A stretch of 64,000 nt of DNA. It comes from Eledone cirrhosa. Its lineage: Eukaryota. Every line of letters begins with the position of its first letter. Positions within the stretch are counted from its first letter, which is position 1. Under the pieces are notes generated by a model. The model was not told the DNA's origin, searched no databases, and worked only from the letters and a program-made list of their open reading frames with translations. A program made the position numbers and the translations under genes. Positions 15,101 to 29,515 of the stretch are shown one piece after another. The stretch lies in the NCBI GenBank assembly GCA_964016885.1, contig OZ024740.1, positions 318,680,001 through 318,744,000 of the forward strand. Direction: 5' to 3'.

Positions 15101-18100
15101 ACAACTTACATTCTATCTGACATTCTAACGACTCTACCAATTCGAAGTTTTTCTACTACAATACTAACAACAAATAATCTAGGATTGTCTCATCTATCTC
15201 CACAACTTACATTTTCTCTGACATTCTAACGACTCTACCAATTCGAAGTCTTTCTACTACAATACTCACAACAAATAATCCAGGATTGTCTCGTCTATTT
15301 CCACAACTTACATTCTATCTGACATTCTAACGACTCTACCAATTTGAAGTCTTTCTACTACAATACTAACAACAAATAATCTGGCATTGTCTCGTCTATT
15401 TCCACAACTTACATTCTATCTGACATTCTAACGACTCTACCAATTCGAAGTTTTTCTACTACAATACTCCCAACAAATAATCAAGGATTGTATCGTCTAT
15501 TTCCACAACTTACATTCTATCTGACATTCTAACGACTCTACCCATTCGCTGTATTTCTACTACAATACTAACTTCAAATAATCCAGGATTGTCTCCTCTA
15601 TTTCCACAACTTACATTCTATCTTACATTCTAACGAATCTACCAACTCGCTGTATTTCTACTACAATACTCACAACAAATAAACCAGGATTGTCTCGTCT
15701 ATTTCCACAACTTACATTCTATCTGACATACTAACGACTCTACCAATTCGAAGTCTTTGTACTACAATACTGACTTTAAACAATCCAGGATTGTTTCCTC
15801 TATTTCCACAACTTACATTCTATCTGACATTCTAACGACTCTACGAATTCGCTGTATTTCTACTACAATACTAACTTCAAATAATCCAGGATTGTATCGG
15901 CTATTTCCACAACTTACATCCTATCTGACATTCTAACGACTCTACCAATTCGCTGTCTTTCTACTACAATAATAACAACAAATAATCTAGGATTGTCTCG
16001 TCTATTTCCACAACTTACATTCTATCTGATATTCGAACGACTCTACCAATTCGAAGTCTTTCTACTACAATACTAACAACAAATAATCAAGGATTGTCTC
16101 GTCTATTTCCACAACTTACATTCTATCTGACATTCTAACGACTCTAACAATTTGAAGTCTTTCTACTACAATACTCACAACAAATAATCCAGGATTGTCT
16201 CGTCTATCTCCAGACCTTACATTCTATCTGACATTCTAACGACTCTACCAGTTCGCTGTATTTCTACTACAATACTAACTTCAAATAATCCAGGATTGTC
16301 TCGTCTATTTCCACAACTTACATTCTATCTGACGTTCAAACGACTCTACCAATTCGAAGTCTTTCTACTACAATACTAACGTCAAATAATCCCGGATTGT
16401 CTCCTCTATTTCCACAACTTACATTCCATCTGACATTCTAACGACTCTACCAATTCGATGTCTTTCTACTACAATACTCATAACAAATAATCCAGGATTG
16501 TATCGTCTATTTCTACAACTTACATTCTATCTGACTTTCTAACGACTCTACCAATTCGAAGTCTTTCTGCTACAATACTCACAACAAATAATCCAGGATT
16601 GTCTCGTCTATTTCCACACCTCACATTCTATCTGACATTCTAACGACTCTATCAATTCGAAGTCTTTCTACTACAATACTAACGTCAAATAATCCAGGAT
16701 CGTATCGTCTATTTCCACAACTTACATTCTTTTTGACATTCTAACGACTCTACCAATTCGCTGTATTTCTACTACAATACTAACTTCAAATAATCCAGGA
16801 TTGTCTCGTCTATTTCCACAACTTACATTCTATCTGATATTCTAACGACTCTACCAATTCGAAGTCTTTCTACTACAATACTCACAACAAATAATCCAGG
16901 ATTGTCTCGTCTATTTCAACAACTTACATTCTATCTGACATTCTAAAGACTCTATCAATTCGAAGTTTTTCTACTACAATACTAACAACAAATAATCTAG
17001 GATTGTCTCATCTATCTCCACAACTTACATTTTCTCTGACATTCTAACGACTCTACCAATTCGAAGTCTTTCTACTACAATACTCACAACAAATAATCCA
17101 GGATTGTCTCGTCTATTTCCACAACTTACATTCTATCTGACATTCTAACGACTCTACCAATTTGAAGTCTTTCTACTACAATACTAACAACAAATAATCT
17201 GGCATTGTCTCGTCTATTTCCACAACTTACATTCTATCTGACATTCTAACGACTCTACCAATTCGAAGTTTTTCTACTACAATACTCCCAACAAATAATC
17301 AAGGATTGTATCGTCTATTTCCACAACTTACATTCTATCTGACATTCTAACGACTCTACCCATTCGCTGTATTTCTACTACAATACTAACTTCAAATAAT
17401 CCAGGATTGTCTCCTCTATTTCCACAACTTACATTCTATCTCACATTCTAACGAATCTACCAACTCGCTGTATTTCTACTACAATACTCACAACAAATAA
17501 ACCAGGATTGTCTCGTCTATTTCCACAACTTACATTCTATCTGACATACTAACGACTCTACCAATTCGAAGTCTTTGTACTACAATACTAACTTTAAACA
17601 ATCCAGGATTGTTTCCTCTATTTCCACAACTTACATTCTATCTGACATTCTAACGACTCTACGAATTCGCTGTATTTCTACTACAATACTAACTTCAAAT
17701 AATCCAGGATTGTATCGGCTATTTCCACAACTTACATCCTATCTGACATTCTAACGACTCTACCAATTCGCTGTCTTTCTACTACAATAATAACAACAAA
17801 TAATCTAGGATTGTCTCGTCTATTTCCACAACTTACATTCTATCTGATATTCGAACGACTCTACCAATTCGAAGTCTTTCTACTACAATACTAACAACAA
17901 ATAATCTAGGATTGTCTCGTCTATTTCCACAACTTACATTCTATCTGACATTCTAACGACTCTAACAATTTGAAGTCTTTCTACTACAATACTCACAACA
18001 AATAATCCAGGATTGTCTCGTCTATCTCCAGACCTTACATTCTATCTGACATTCTAACGACTCTACCAGTTCGCTGTATTTCTACTACAATACTAACTTC

Positions 18101-21100
18101 AAATAATCCAGGATTGTCTCGTCTATTTCCACAACTTACATTCTATCTGACGTTCAAACGACTCTACCAATTCGAAGTCTTTCTACTACAATACTAACGT
18201 CAAATAATCCCGGATTGTCTCCTCTATTTCCACAACTTACATTCCATCTGACATTCTAACGGCTCTACCAATTCGATGTCTTTCTACTACAATACTCACA
18301 ACAAATAATCCAGGATTGTATCGTCTATTTCTACAACTTACATTCTATCTGACATTCTAACGACTCTACCAATTCGAAGTCTTTCTGCTACAATACTCAC
18401 AACAAATAATCCAGGATTGTCTCGTCTATTTCCACACCTCACATTCTATCTGACATTCTAACGACTCTATCAATTCGAAGTCTTTCTACTACAATACTAA
18501 CGTCAAATAATCCAGGATCGTATCGTCTATTTCCACAACTTACATTCTATTTGACATTCTAACGACTCTACCAATTCGCTGTATTTCTACTACAATACTA
18601 ACTTCAAATAATCCAGGATTGTCTCGTCTATTTCCACAACTTACATTCTATCTGATATTCTAACGACTCTACCAATTCGAAGTCTTTCTACTACAATACT
18701 CACAACAAATAATCCAGGATTGTCTCGTCTATTTCAACAACTTACATTCTATCTGACATTCTAAAGACTCTATCAATTCGAAGTTTTTCTACTACAATAC
18801 TAACAACAAATAATCTAGGATTGTCTCATCTATCTCCACAACTTACATTTTCTCTGACATTCTAACGACTCTACCAATTCGAAGTCTTTCTACTACAATA
18901 CTCACAACAAATAATCCAGGATTGTCTCGTCTATTTCCACAACTTACATTCTATCTGACATTCTAACGACTCTACCAATTTGAAGTCTTTCTACTACAAT
19001 ACTAACAACAAATAATCTGGCATTGTCTCGTCTATTTCCACAACTTACATTCTATCTGACATTCTAACGACTCTACCAATTCGAAGTTTTTCTACTACAA
19101 TACTCCCAACAAATAATCAAGGATTGTATCGTCTATTTCCACAACTTACATTCTATCTGACATTCTAACGACTCTACCCATTCGCTGTATTTCTACTACA
19201 ATACTAACTTCAAATAATCCAGGATTGTCTCCTCTATTTCCACAACTTACATTCTATCTCACATTCTAACGAATCTACCAACTCGCTGTATTTCTACTAC
19301 AATACTCACAACAAATAAACCAGGATTGTCTCGTCTATTTCCACAACTTACATTCTATCTGACATACTAACGACTCTACCAATTCGAAGTCTTTGTACTA
19401 CAATACTAACTTTAAACAATCCAGGATTGTTTCCTCTATTTCCACAACTTACATTCTATCTGACATTCTAACGACTCTACGAATTCGCTGTATTTCTACT
19501 ACAATACTAACTTCAAATAATCCAGGATTGTATCGGCTATTTCCACAACTTACATCCTATCTGACATTCTAACGACTCTACCAATTCGCTGTCTTTCTAC
19601 TACAATAATAACAACAAATAATCTAGGATTGTCTCGTCTATTTCCACAACTTACATTCTATCTGATATTCGAACGACTCTACCAATTCGAAGTCTTTCTA
19701 CTACAATACTAACAACAAATAATCTAGGATTGTCTCGTCTATTTCCACAACTTACATTCTATCTGACATTCTCACGACTCTAACAATTTGAAGTCTTTCT
19801 ACTACAATACTCACAACAAATAATCCAGGATTGTCTCGTCTATCTCCAGACCTTACATTCTATCTGACATTCTAACGACTCTACCAGTTCGCTGTATTTC
19901 TACTACAATACTAACTTCAAATAATCCAGGATTGTCTCGTCTATTTCCACAACTTACATTCTATCTGACGTTCAAACGACTCTACCAATTCGAAGTCTTT
20001 CTACTACAATACTAACGTCAAATAATCCCGGATTGTCTCCTCTATTTCCACAACTTACATTCCATCTGACATTCTAACGGCTCTACCAATTCGATGTCTT
20101 TCTACTACAATACTCACAACAAATAATCCAGGATTGTATCGTCTATTTCTACAACTTACATTCTATCTGACATTCTAACGACTCTACCAATTCGAAGTCT
20201 TTCTGCTACAATACTCACAACAAATAATCCAGGATTGTCTCGTCTATTTCCACACCTCACATTCTATCTGACATTCTAACGACTCTATCAATTCGAAGTC
20301 TTTCTACTACAATACTAACGTCAAATAATCCAGGATCGTATCGTCTATTTCCACAACTTACATTCTATTTGACATTCTAACGACTCTACCAATTCGCTGT
20401 ATTTCTACTACAATACTAACTTCAAATAATCCAGGATTGTCTCGTCTATTTCCACAACTTACATTCTATCTGATATTCTAACGACTCTACCAATTCGAAG
20501 TCTTTCTACTACAATACTCACAACAAATAATCCAGGATTGTCTCGTCTATTTCAACAACTTACATTCTATCTGACATTCTAAAGACTCTATCAATTCGAA
20601 GTTTTTCTACTACAATACTAACAACAAATAATCTAGGAGTGTCTCATCTATCTCCACAACTTACATTTTCTCTGACATTCTAACGACTCTACCAATTCGA
20701 AGTCTTTCTACTACAATACTCACAACAAATAATCCAGGATTGTCTCGTCTATTTCCACAACTTACATTCTATCTGACATTCTAACGACTCTACCAATTTG
20801 AAGTCTTTCTACTACAATACTAACAACAAATAATCTGGCATTGTCTCGTCTATTTCCACAACTTACATTCTATCTGACATTCTAACGACTCTACCAATTC
20901 GAAGTTTTTCTACTACAATACTCCCAACAAATAATCAAGGATTGTATCGTCTATTTCCACAACTTACATTCTATCTGACATTCTAACGACTCTACCCATT
21001 CGCTGTATTTCTACTACAATACTAACTTCAAATAATCCAGGATTGTCTCCTCTATTTCCACAACTTACATTCTATCTCACATTCTAACGAATCTACCAAC

Positions 21101-22600
21101 TCGCTGTATTTCTACTACAATACTCACAACAAATAAACCAGGATTGTCTCGTCTATTTCAACAACTTACATTCTATCTGACATACTAACGACTCTACCAA
21201 TTCGAAGTCTTTGTACTACAATACTAACTTTAAACAATCCAGGATTGTTTCCTCTATTTCCACAACTTACATTCTATCTGACATTCTAACGACTCTACGA
21301 ATTCGCTGTATTTCTACTACAATACTAACTTCAAATAATCCAGGATTGTATCGGCTATTTCCACAACTTACATCCTATCTGACATTCTAACGACTCTACC
21401 AATTCGCTGTCTTTCTACTACAATAATAACAACAAATAATCTAGGATTGTCTCGTCTATTTCCACAACTTACATTCTATCTGACATTCTAACGACTCTAA
21501 CAATTTGAAGTCTTTCTACTACAATACTCACAACAAATAATCCAGGATTGTCTCGTCTATCTCCAGACCTTACATTCTATCTGACATTCTAACGACTCTA
21601 CCAGTTCGCTGTATTTCTACTACAATACTAACTTCAAATAATCCAGGATTGTCTCGTCTATTTCCACAACTTACATTCTATCTGACGTTCAAACGACTCT
21701 ACCAATTCGAAGTCTTTCTACTACAATACTAACGTCAAATAATCCCGGATTGTCTCCTCTATTTCCACAACTTACATTCCATCTGACATTCTAACGACTC
21801 TACCAATTCGATGTCTTTCTACTACAATACTCACAACAAATAATCCAGGATTGTATCGTCTATTTCTACAACTTACATTCTATCTGACATTCTAACGACT
21901 CTACCAATTCGAAGTCTTTCTGCTACAATACTCACAACAAATAATCCAGGATTGTCTCGTCTATTTCCACACCTCACATTCTATCTGACATTCTAACGAC
22001 TCTATCAATTCGAAGTCTTTCTACTACAATACTAACGTCAAATAATCCAGGATCGTATCGTCTATTTCCACAACTTACATTCTATTTGACATTCTAACGA
22101 CTCTACCAATTCGCTGTATTTCTACTACAATACTAACTTCAAATAATCCAGGATTGTCTCGTCTATTTCCACAACTTACATTCTATCTGATATTCTAACG
22201 ACTCTACCAATTCGAAGTCTTTCTACTACAATACTCACAACAAATAATCCAGGATTGTCTCGTCTATTTCAACAACTTACATTCTATCTCACATTCTAAC
22301 GTGTCTACCAATTCGCTGAATTTCTACTACAATACTCTCAACAAATTAACCAGGATTGTCTCGTCTATTTCCACAACTTACATTCTATCTGACATACTAA
22401 CGACTCTACCAATTCGAAGTCTTTCTACTACAATACTAACTTTAAACAATCCAGGATTGTCTCCTCTATTTCCACAACTTACATTCTATCTGACATTCTA
22501 ACGACTCTACCAATTCGCTGTATTTCTACTACAATACTAACTTCAAATAATCCGGGATTGTATCGGCTATTTCCACAACTTACATCCTATCTGACATTCT
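1..22600. repeat. HOR domain A: 18-mer (1818 bp) higher-order repeat with 16/17/21/22-mer structural variants
   Basis: Marker CTGGCATT at 533, 2351, 4169, 5785, 8008, 9826, 12048, 13765, 15381, 17199, 19017, 20835. Spacings are 1818,1818,1616,2223,1818,2222,1717,1616,1818,1818,1818. Other markers (CTCCCAAC/TCAAGG, GTATCGGCT, CTCCAGAC, GACGTTCAAA, TCCCGG) keep the same order. Confidence 0.96.
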
Positions 22601-25200
22601 AACGATCTATCAATTCGAAGTCTTTCTACTACAATACTAACGTCAAATAATCCAGGATCGTGTCGTCTATTTCCACAACTTACATTCTATCTGACATTCT
22701 AACGTCTCTAACAATTCGAAGTCTTTCTACTACAATACTAACAACAAATAATCTAGGATTGTCTCATCTATCTCCACAACTTACATTTTCTCTGACATTC
22801 TAACGACACTACCAATTCGAAGTCTTTCTACTACAATACTCACAACAAATAATCCAGGATTGTCTCGTCTATTTCCACAAATTACATTCTATCTGATATT
22901 CTAACGACTCTACCAATTTGAAGTCTTCTACTACAATACTAACAACAAATAATCTGGGATTGTCTCGTCTATTTCCACAACTTACATTCTATCTGACATT
23001 CTAACGACTCTACCAATTCGCTGTATTTCTACTACAATACTAACTTCAATTAGTCCAGGATTGTCTCATCTACTTCCACAACTTACATTCTATCTGATAT
23101 TCGAACGACTCTACCAATTCGAAGTCTTTCTACTACAATACTAACAACAAATAATGCAGGATTGTCTCGTCTATTTCCACAACTTACATTCTATCTGACA
23201 TTCTAACGACTCTACCAATTTGAAGTCTTTCTATTACAATACTCACAACAAATAATCCAGGATTGTCTCGTCTATTTCCACAACTTACATTTTATCTGAC
23301 ATTCTAACGACTCTACGAATTCGCTGTCTTTCTACTACAATGCTCACAACAAATAATCCACGACTGTCTCGTCTATTTCCACAACTTACATTCTATCTGA
23401 CATTCTAACGACTCTATCAATTCGAAATCTTTCTACTACAATACTCACAACAAACAAGCCAGGATTGTCTCGTCTATTTCTACAACTTACATTCTATGTG
23501 ACATTCAAACGACTCTATCAATTCGAAGTCTTTCTACTACAATACTAACGTCAAATAATCCAGGATTGTCTCGTCTATTTCCACAACTTACATTCTATCT
23601 GACATTCTAACGACTCTACGAATTCGCTGTCTTTCTACTACAATGCTCACAACAAATAATCCACGACTGTCTCGTCTATTTCCACAACTTACATTCTATC
23701 TGACATTCTAACGACTCTACCAATTCGATGTGTTTCTACTACAATACTAACTTCAATTAGTCCAGGATTGTCTCATCTACTTCCACAACTTACATTCTAT
23801 CTGATATTCGAACGACTCTACCAATTCGAAGTCTTTCTACTACAATACTAACAACAAATAATGCAGGATTGTCTCGTCTATTTCCACAACTTACATTCTA
23901 TCTGACATTCTAACGACTCTACCAATTTGAAGTCTTTCTATTACAATACTCACAACAAATAATCCAGGATTGTCTCGTCTATTTCTACAACTTACATTCT
24001 ATGTGACATTCAAACGACTCTATCAATTCGAAGTCTTTCTACTACAATACTCACAACAAATAATCCAGGATTGTCTTGTCTATTTCCACAACTTACATTC
24101 TATCTGACATTCTAACGACTCTACCAATTTGAAGTCTTTCTACTACAATACTAACAACAACTAATCTGGGATTGTCTCGTCTATTTCCACAACTTACATT
24201 CTATCTGACATTCTAACGACTCTACCAATTCGAAGTTTTTCTACTACAATACTCCCAACAAATAATCAAGGAATGTATCGTCTATTTCCACAACTTACAT
24301 TCTATCTGACATTCTAACGACTCTACCCATTCGCTGTATTTCTACTACAATACTAACTTCAAATTATCCAGGATTGTCTCCTCTATTTCCACAAATTACA
24401 TTCTATCTCACATTCTAACGAGTCTACCAATTCGCTGTATTTCTACTACAATACTCACAACAAATAAACCAGGATTGTCTCGTCTATTTCCACAACTTAC
24501 ATTCTATCTGACATACTAACTACTCTACCAATTCGAAGTCTTTCTACTACAATACTAACTTTAAACAATCCAGGATTGTCTCCTCTATTTCCACAACTTA
24601 CATTCTATCTGACATTCTAACGACTCTACCAATTCGCTGTATTTCTACTACAATACTAACTTCAAATAATCCAGGATTGTATCGGCTATTTCCACAACTT
24701 ACATCCTATCTGACATTCTAACGACTCTACCAATTCGCTGTCTTTCTACTACAATACTAACAACAAATAATCTAGGATTGTCTCGTCTATTTCCACAACT
24801 TACATTCTATCTGATATTCGAACGACTCTACCAATTCGATGTGTTTCTACTACAATACTCACAACAAATATTCCAGTATTGTCTCCTCTATTTCCACAAC
24901 TTACCTTCCATCTGACATTCTAACGACTCTACCAATTCGATGTCTTTCTACTACAATTTTCACAACAAATAATCCAGGATTGTATCGTCTATTTCTACAA
25001 CTTACATTCTATCTGACATTCTAACGACTCTACCAATTCGAAGTCTTTCTGCTACAATACTCACAACAAATAATCCAGGATTGTCTCGTCTATTTCTACA
25101 ACTTACATTCTATCTGACATTCTAACGACTCTACCAATTCGCTGTTTTTCTACTACAATACTAACTTCAAATAATCCAGGATTGTCTCGTCTATTTCCAC
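22601..25200. repeat. Diverged transition zone between domains A and B, with short local duplications and a relic A-like run
   Basis: Private variants and two 1-bp deletions (~22606, ~22926). CCACGACTG at 23358/23661 (303 bp apart) and TTCAATTAGTCC at 23045/23752 (707 bp apart). A-like monomer order at ~24140-24830. Confidence 0.8.
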
Positions 25201-25899
25201 AACTTACATTCTATCTGATATTCTAACGACTCTACCAATTCGAAGTCGTTCTACTACAATACTAACTTTAAACAATCCAGGATTGTCTCCTCTATTTCCA
25301 CAACTTACATTCTATGTAACATTCTAACGACTCTACCAATTCGAAGTCTTTCTACTACAATACTCACAACAAATAATCCAGGATTGTCTCGTCTATTTCC
25401 ACAACTTACGTTCTATGTGACATTCTAATGACTCTACCAATTCGAAGTCTTTGTACTACAATACTAACAACAAATAATGCAGGATTGTCTCGTCTATTTC
25501 CACAACTTACATTCTATCTGACATTCTAACGACTCTACGAATTCGAAGTCTTTCTACTACAATACTCACAACAAATAATCCAGGATTCTCTCGTCTATTT
25601 CCACAACTTACATTCTATCTGACATTCAAACGACTCTACCAATTCGAAGTGTTTCTACTACAATACTCACAACAAATAATCCAGGATTGTCTCATCTATT
25701 TCCGCACCTTACATTCTATCTGACATTCTAACAACACTACCAATTCACTGTATTTTTACTACAATACTAACTTCAAATAATCCCGGATTGTCTCATCTAC
25801 TTCCACAACTTACATTCTATCTGATATTCGAACGACTCTACCAATTCGAAGTCTTTCTACTACAATACTCACAACAAATAATCCAGGATTGTCTCGTCT

Positions 25900-28800
25900 A
25901 TTTCCACAACTTACGTTCTATGTGACATTCTAACGACTCTACCAATTCGAAGTCTTTCTACTAGAATACTCACAACAAATAATCCAGGATTGTCTCGTCT
26001 ATTTCCACAACTTACGTTCTATGTGACATTCTAATGACTCTACCAATTCGAAGTCTTTGTACTACAATACTAACAACAAATAATGCAGGATTGTCTCGTC
26101 TATTTCCACAACTTACATTCTATCTGACATTCTAACGACTCTACGAATTCGAAGTCTTTCTACTACAATACTCACAACAAATAATCCAGGATTGTCTCGT
26201 CTATTTCCACAACTTACATTCTATCTGACATTCAAACGACTCTATCAATTCGAAGTCTTTCTACTACAATACTCACAACAAATAATATCGTCTATTTCTA
26301 CGACTTACATTCTATCTGACATTCTAACGACTCTACCAATTCGGAGTCTTTCTGGTACAATACTCACAACAAATAATCCAGGATTGCCTTGTCTATTTCC
26401 ACACCTTACATTCTATCTGACATTCTAACGACTCTACCAATTCTCTGTATTTCTACTACAATACTAACTTCAAATAATCGAGGATTGTCTCGTCTATTTC
26501 CACAACTTACATTCTATCTGACATTCTAACGACTCTACCAATTCGAAGTGTTTCTACTACAATACTCACAACAAATAATCCAGGATTGCCTTGTCTATTT
26601 CCACACCTTACATTCTATCTGACATCCTAACGACTCTACCCATTCTCTGTATTTCTACTACAATACTAACTTCAAATAATCCAGGATTGTCTCGTCTACT
26701 TCCACAACTTACATTGTATCTGATATTCTAACGACTCTACCAATTCGAAGTCTTTCTACTACAATACTCACAACAAATAATCCAGGATTGTCTCGTCTAT
26801 TTCCACAACTTACATTCTATCTGACATTCTAATGACTCTACCAATTCGCTGTCTTTCTACTACAATACTCACAACAAATAATCCAGGATTGTCCCGTCTA
26901 TTTCCACAACTTACATTCTATCTGACATTTTAACGACTCTACCAATTCGAAGTCTTTCTACTACAATATTAACGTCAAATAATCCAGGATTGTCTCCTCT
27001 ATTTCCACAACTTACATTATACCTGACATTCTAACGACTCTACCAATTCTCTGTATTTCTACTACAATACTAACTTTAAACAATCCAGGATTGTCTCCTC
27101 TATTTCCACAACTTACCTTCTATCTGACATTCTAACGACTCTACCAATTCGATGTCTTTCTACTACAATACTCACAACAAATAATCCAGGATTGTATCGT
27201 CTATTTCTACGACTTACATTCTATCTGACATTCTAACGACTCTACCAATTCGGAGTCTTTCTGCTACAATACTCACAACAAATAATCCAGGATTGCCTTG
27301 TCTATTTCCACACCTTACATTCTATCTGACATTCTAACGACTCTACCAATTCTCTGTATTTCTACTACAATACTAACTTCAAATAATCGAGGATTGTCTC
27401 GTCTATTTCCACAACTTACATTCTATCTGATATTCTAACGACTCTACCAATTCGAAGTGTTTCTACTACAATACTCACAACAAATAATCCAGGATTGCCT
27501 TGTCTATTTCCACACTTTACATTCTATCTGACATTCTAACGACTCTACCAATTCTCTGTATTTCTACTACAATACTAACTTCAAATAATCCAGGATTGTC
27601 TCGTCTACTTCCACAACTTACATTGTATCTGATATTCTAACGACTCTACCAATTCGAAGTCTTTCTACTACAATACTCACAACAAATAATCCAGGATTGT
27701 CTAGTCTATTTCCACAACTTACGTTCTATGTGACATTCTAACGACTCTACCAATTCGAAGTCTTTCTACTAGAATACTCACAACAAATAATCCAGGATTG
27801 TCTCGTCTATTTCCACAACTTACGTTCTATGTGACATTCTAATGACTCTACCAATTCGAAGTCTTTGTACTACAATACTAACAACAAATAATGCAGGATT
27901 GTCTCGTCTATTTCCACAACTTACATTCTATCTGACATTCTAACGACTCTACGAATTCGAAGTCTTTCTACTACAATACTCACAACAAATAATCCAGGAT
28001 TGTCTCGTCTATTTCCACAACTTACATTCTATCTGACATTCAAACGACTCTATCAATTCGAAGTCTTTCTACTACAATACTCACAACAAATAATATCGTC
28101 TATTTCTACGACTTACATTCTATCTGACATTCTAACGACTCTACCAATTCGGAGTCTTTCTGGTACAATACTCACAACAAATAATCCAGGATTGCCTTGT
28201 CTATTTCCACACCTTACATTCTATCTGACATTCTAACGACTCTACCAATTCTCTGTATTTCTACTACAATACTAACTTCAAATAATCGAGGATTGTCTCG
28301 TCTATTTCCACAACTTACATTCTATCTGACATTCTAACGACTCTACCAATTCGAAGTGTTTCTACTACAATACTCACAACAAATAATCCAGGATTGCCTT
28401 GTCTATTTCCACACCTTACATTCTATCTGACATCCTAACGACTCTACCCATTCTCTGTATTTCTACTACAATACTAACTTCAAATAATCCAGGATTGTCT
28501 CGTCTACTTCCACAACTTACATTGTATCTGATATTCTAACGACTCTACCAATTCGAAGTCTTTCTACTACAATACTCACAACAAATAATCCAGGATTGTC
28601 TCGTCTATTTCCACAACTTACATTCTATCTGACATTCTAATGACTCTACCAATTCGCTGTCTTTCTACTACAATACTCACAACAAATAATCCAGGATTGT
28701 CCCGTCTATTTCCACAACTTACATTCTATCTGACATTTTAACGACTCTACCAATTCGAAGTCTTTCTACTACAATATTAACGTCAAATAATCCAGGATTG

Positions 28801-29515
28801 TCTCCTCTATTTCCACAACTTACATTATACCTGACATTCTAACGACTCTACCAATTCTCTGTATTTCTACTACAATACTAACTTTAAACAATCCAGGATT
28901 GTCTCCTCTATTTCCACAACTTACCTTCTATCTGACATTCTAACGACTCTACCAATTCGATGTCTTTCTACTACAATACTCACAACAAATAATCCAGGAT
29001 TGTATCGTCTATTTCTACGACTTACATTCTATCTGACATTCTAACGACTCTACCAATTCGGAGTCTTTCTGCTACAATACTCACAACAAATAATCCAGGA
29101 TTGCCTTGTCTATTTCCACACCTTACATTCTATCTGACATTCTAACGACTCTACCAATTCTCTGTATTTCTACTACAATACTAACTTCAAATAATCGAGG
29201 ATTGTCTCGTCTATTTCCACAACTTACATTCTATCTGATATTCTAACGACTCTACCAATTCGAAGTGTTTCTACTACAATACTCACAACAAATAATCCAG
29301 GATTGCCTTGTCTATTTCCACACTTTACATTCTATCTGACATTCTAACGACTCTACCAATTCTCTGTATTTCTACTACAATACTAACTTCAAATAATCCA
29401 GGATTGTCTCGTCTACTTCCACAACTTACATTGTATCTGATATTCTAACGACTCTACCAATTCGAAGTCTTTCTACTACAATACTCACAACAAATAATCC
29501 AGGATTGTCTAGTCT
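25900..29515. repeat. Tandem duplication of an 1808-bp unit (18 monomers, one of them 91 bp)
   Basis: CTAGAAT 25961/27769, TAATATCG 26283/28091 and CTAGTCT 27701/29509 are all 1808 apart, as are the identical ORFs 26192/28000. Confidence 0.93.
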
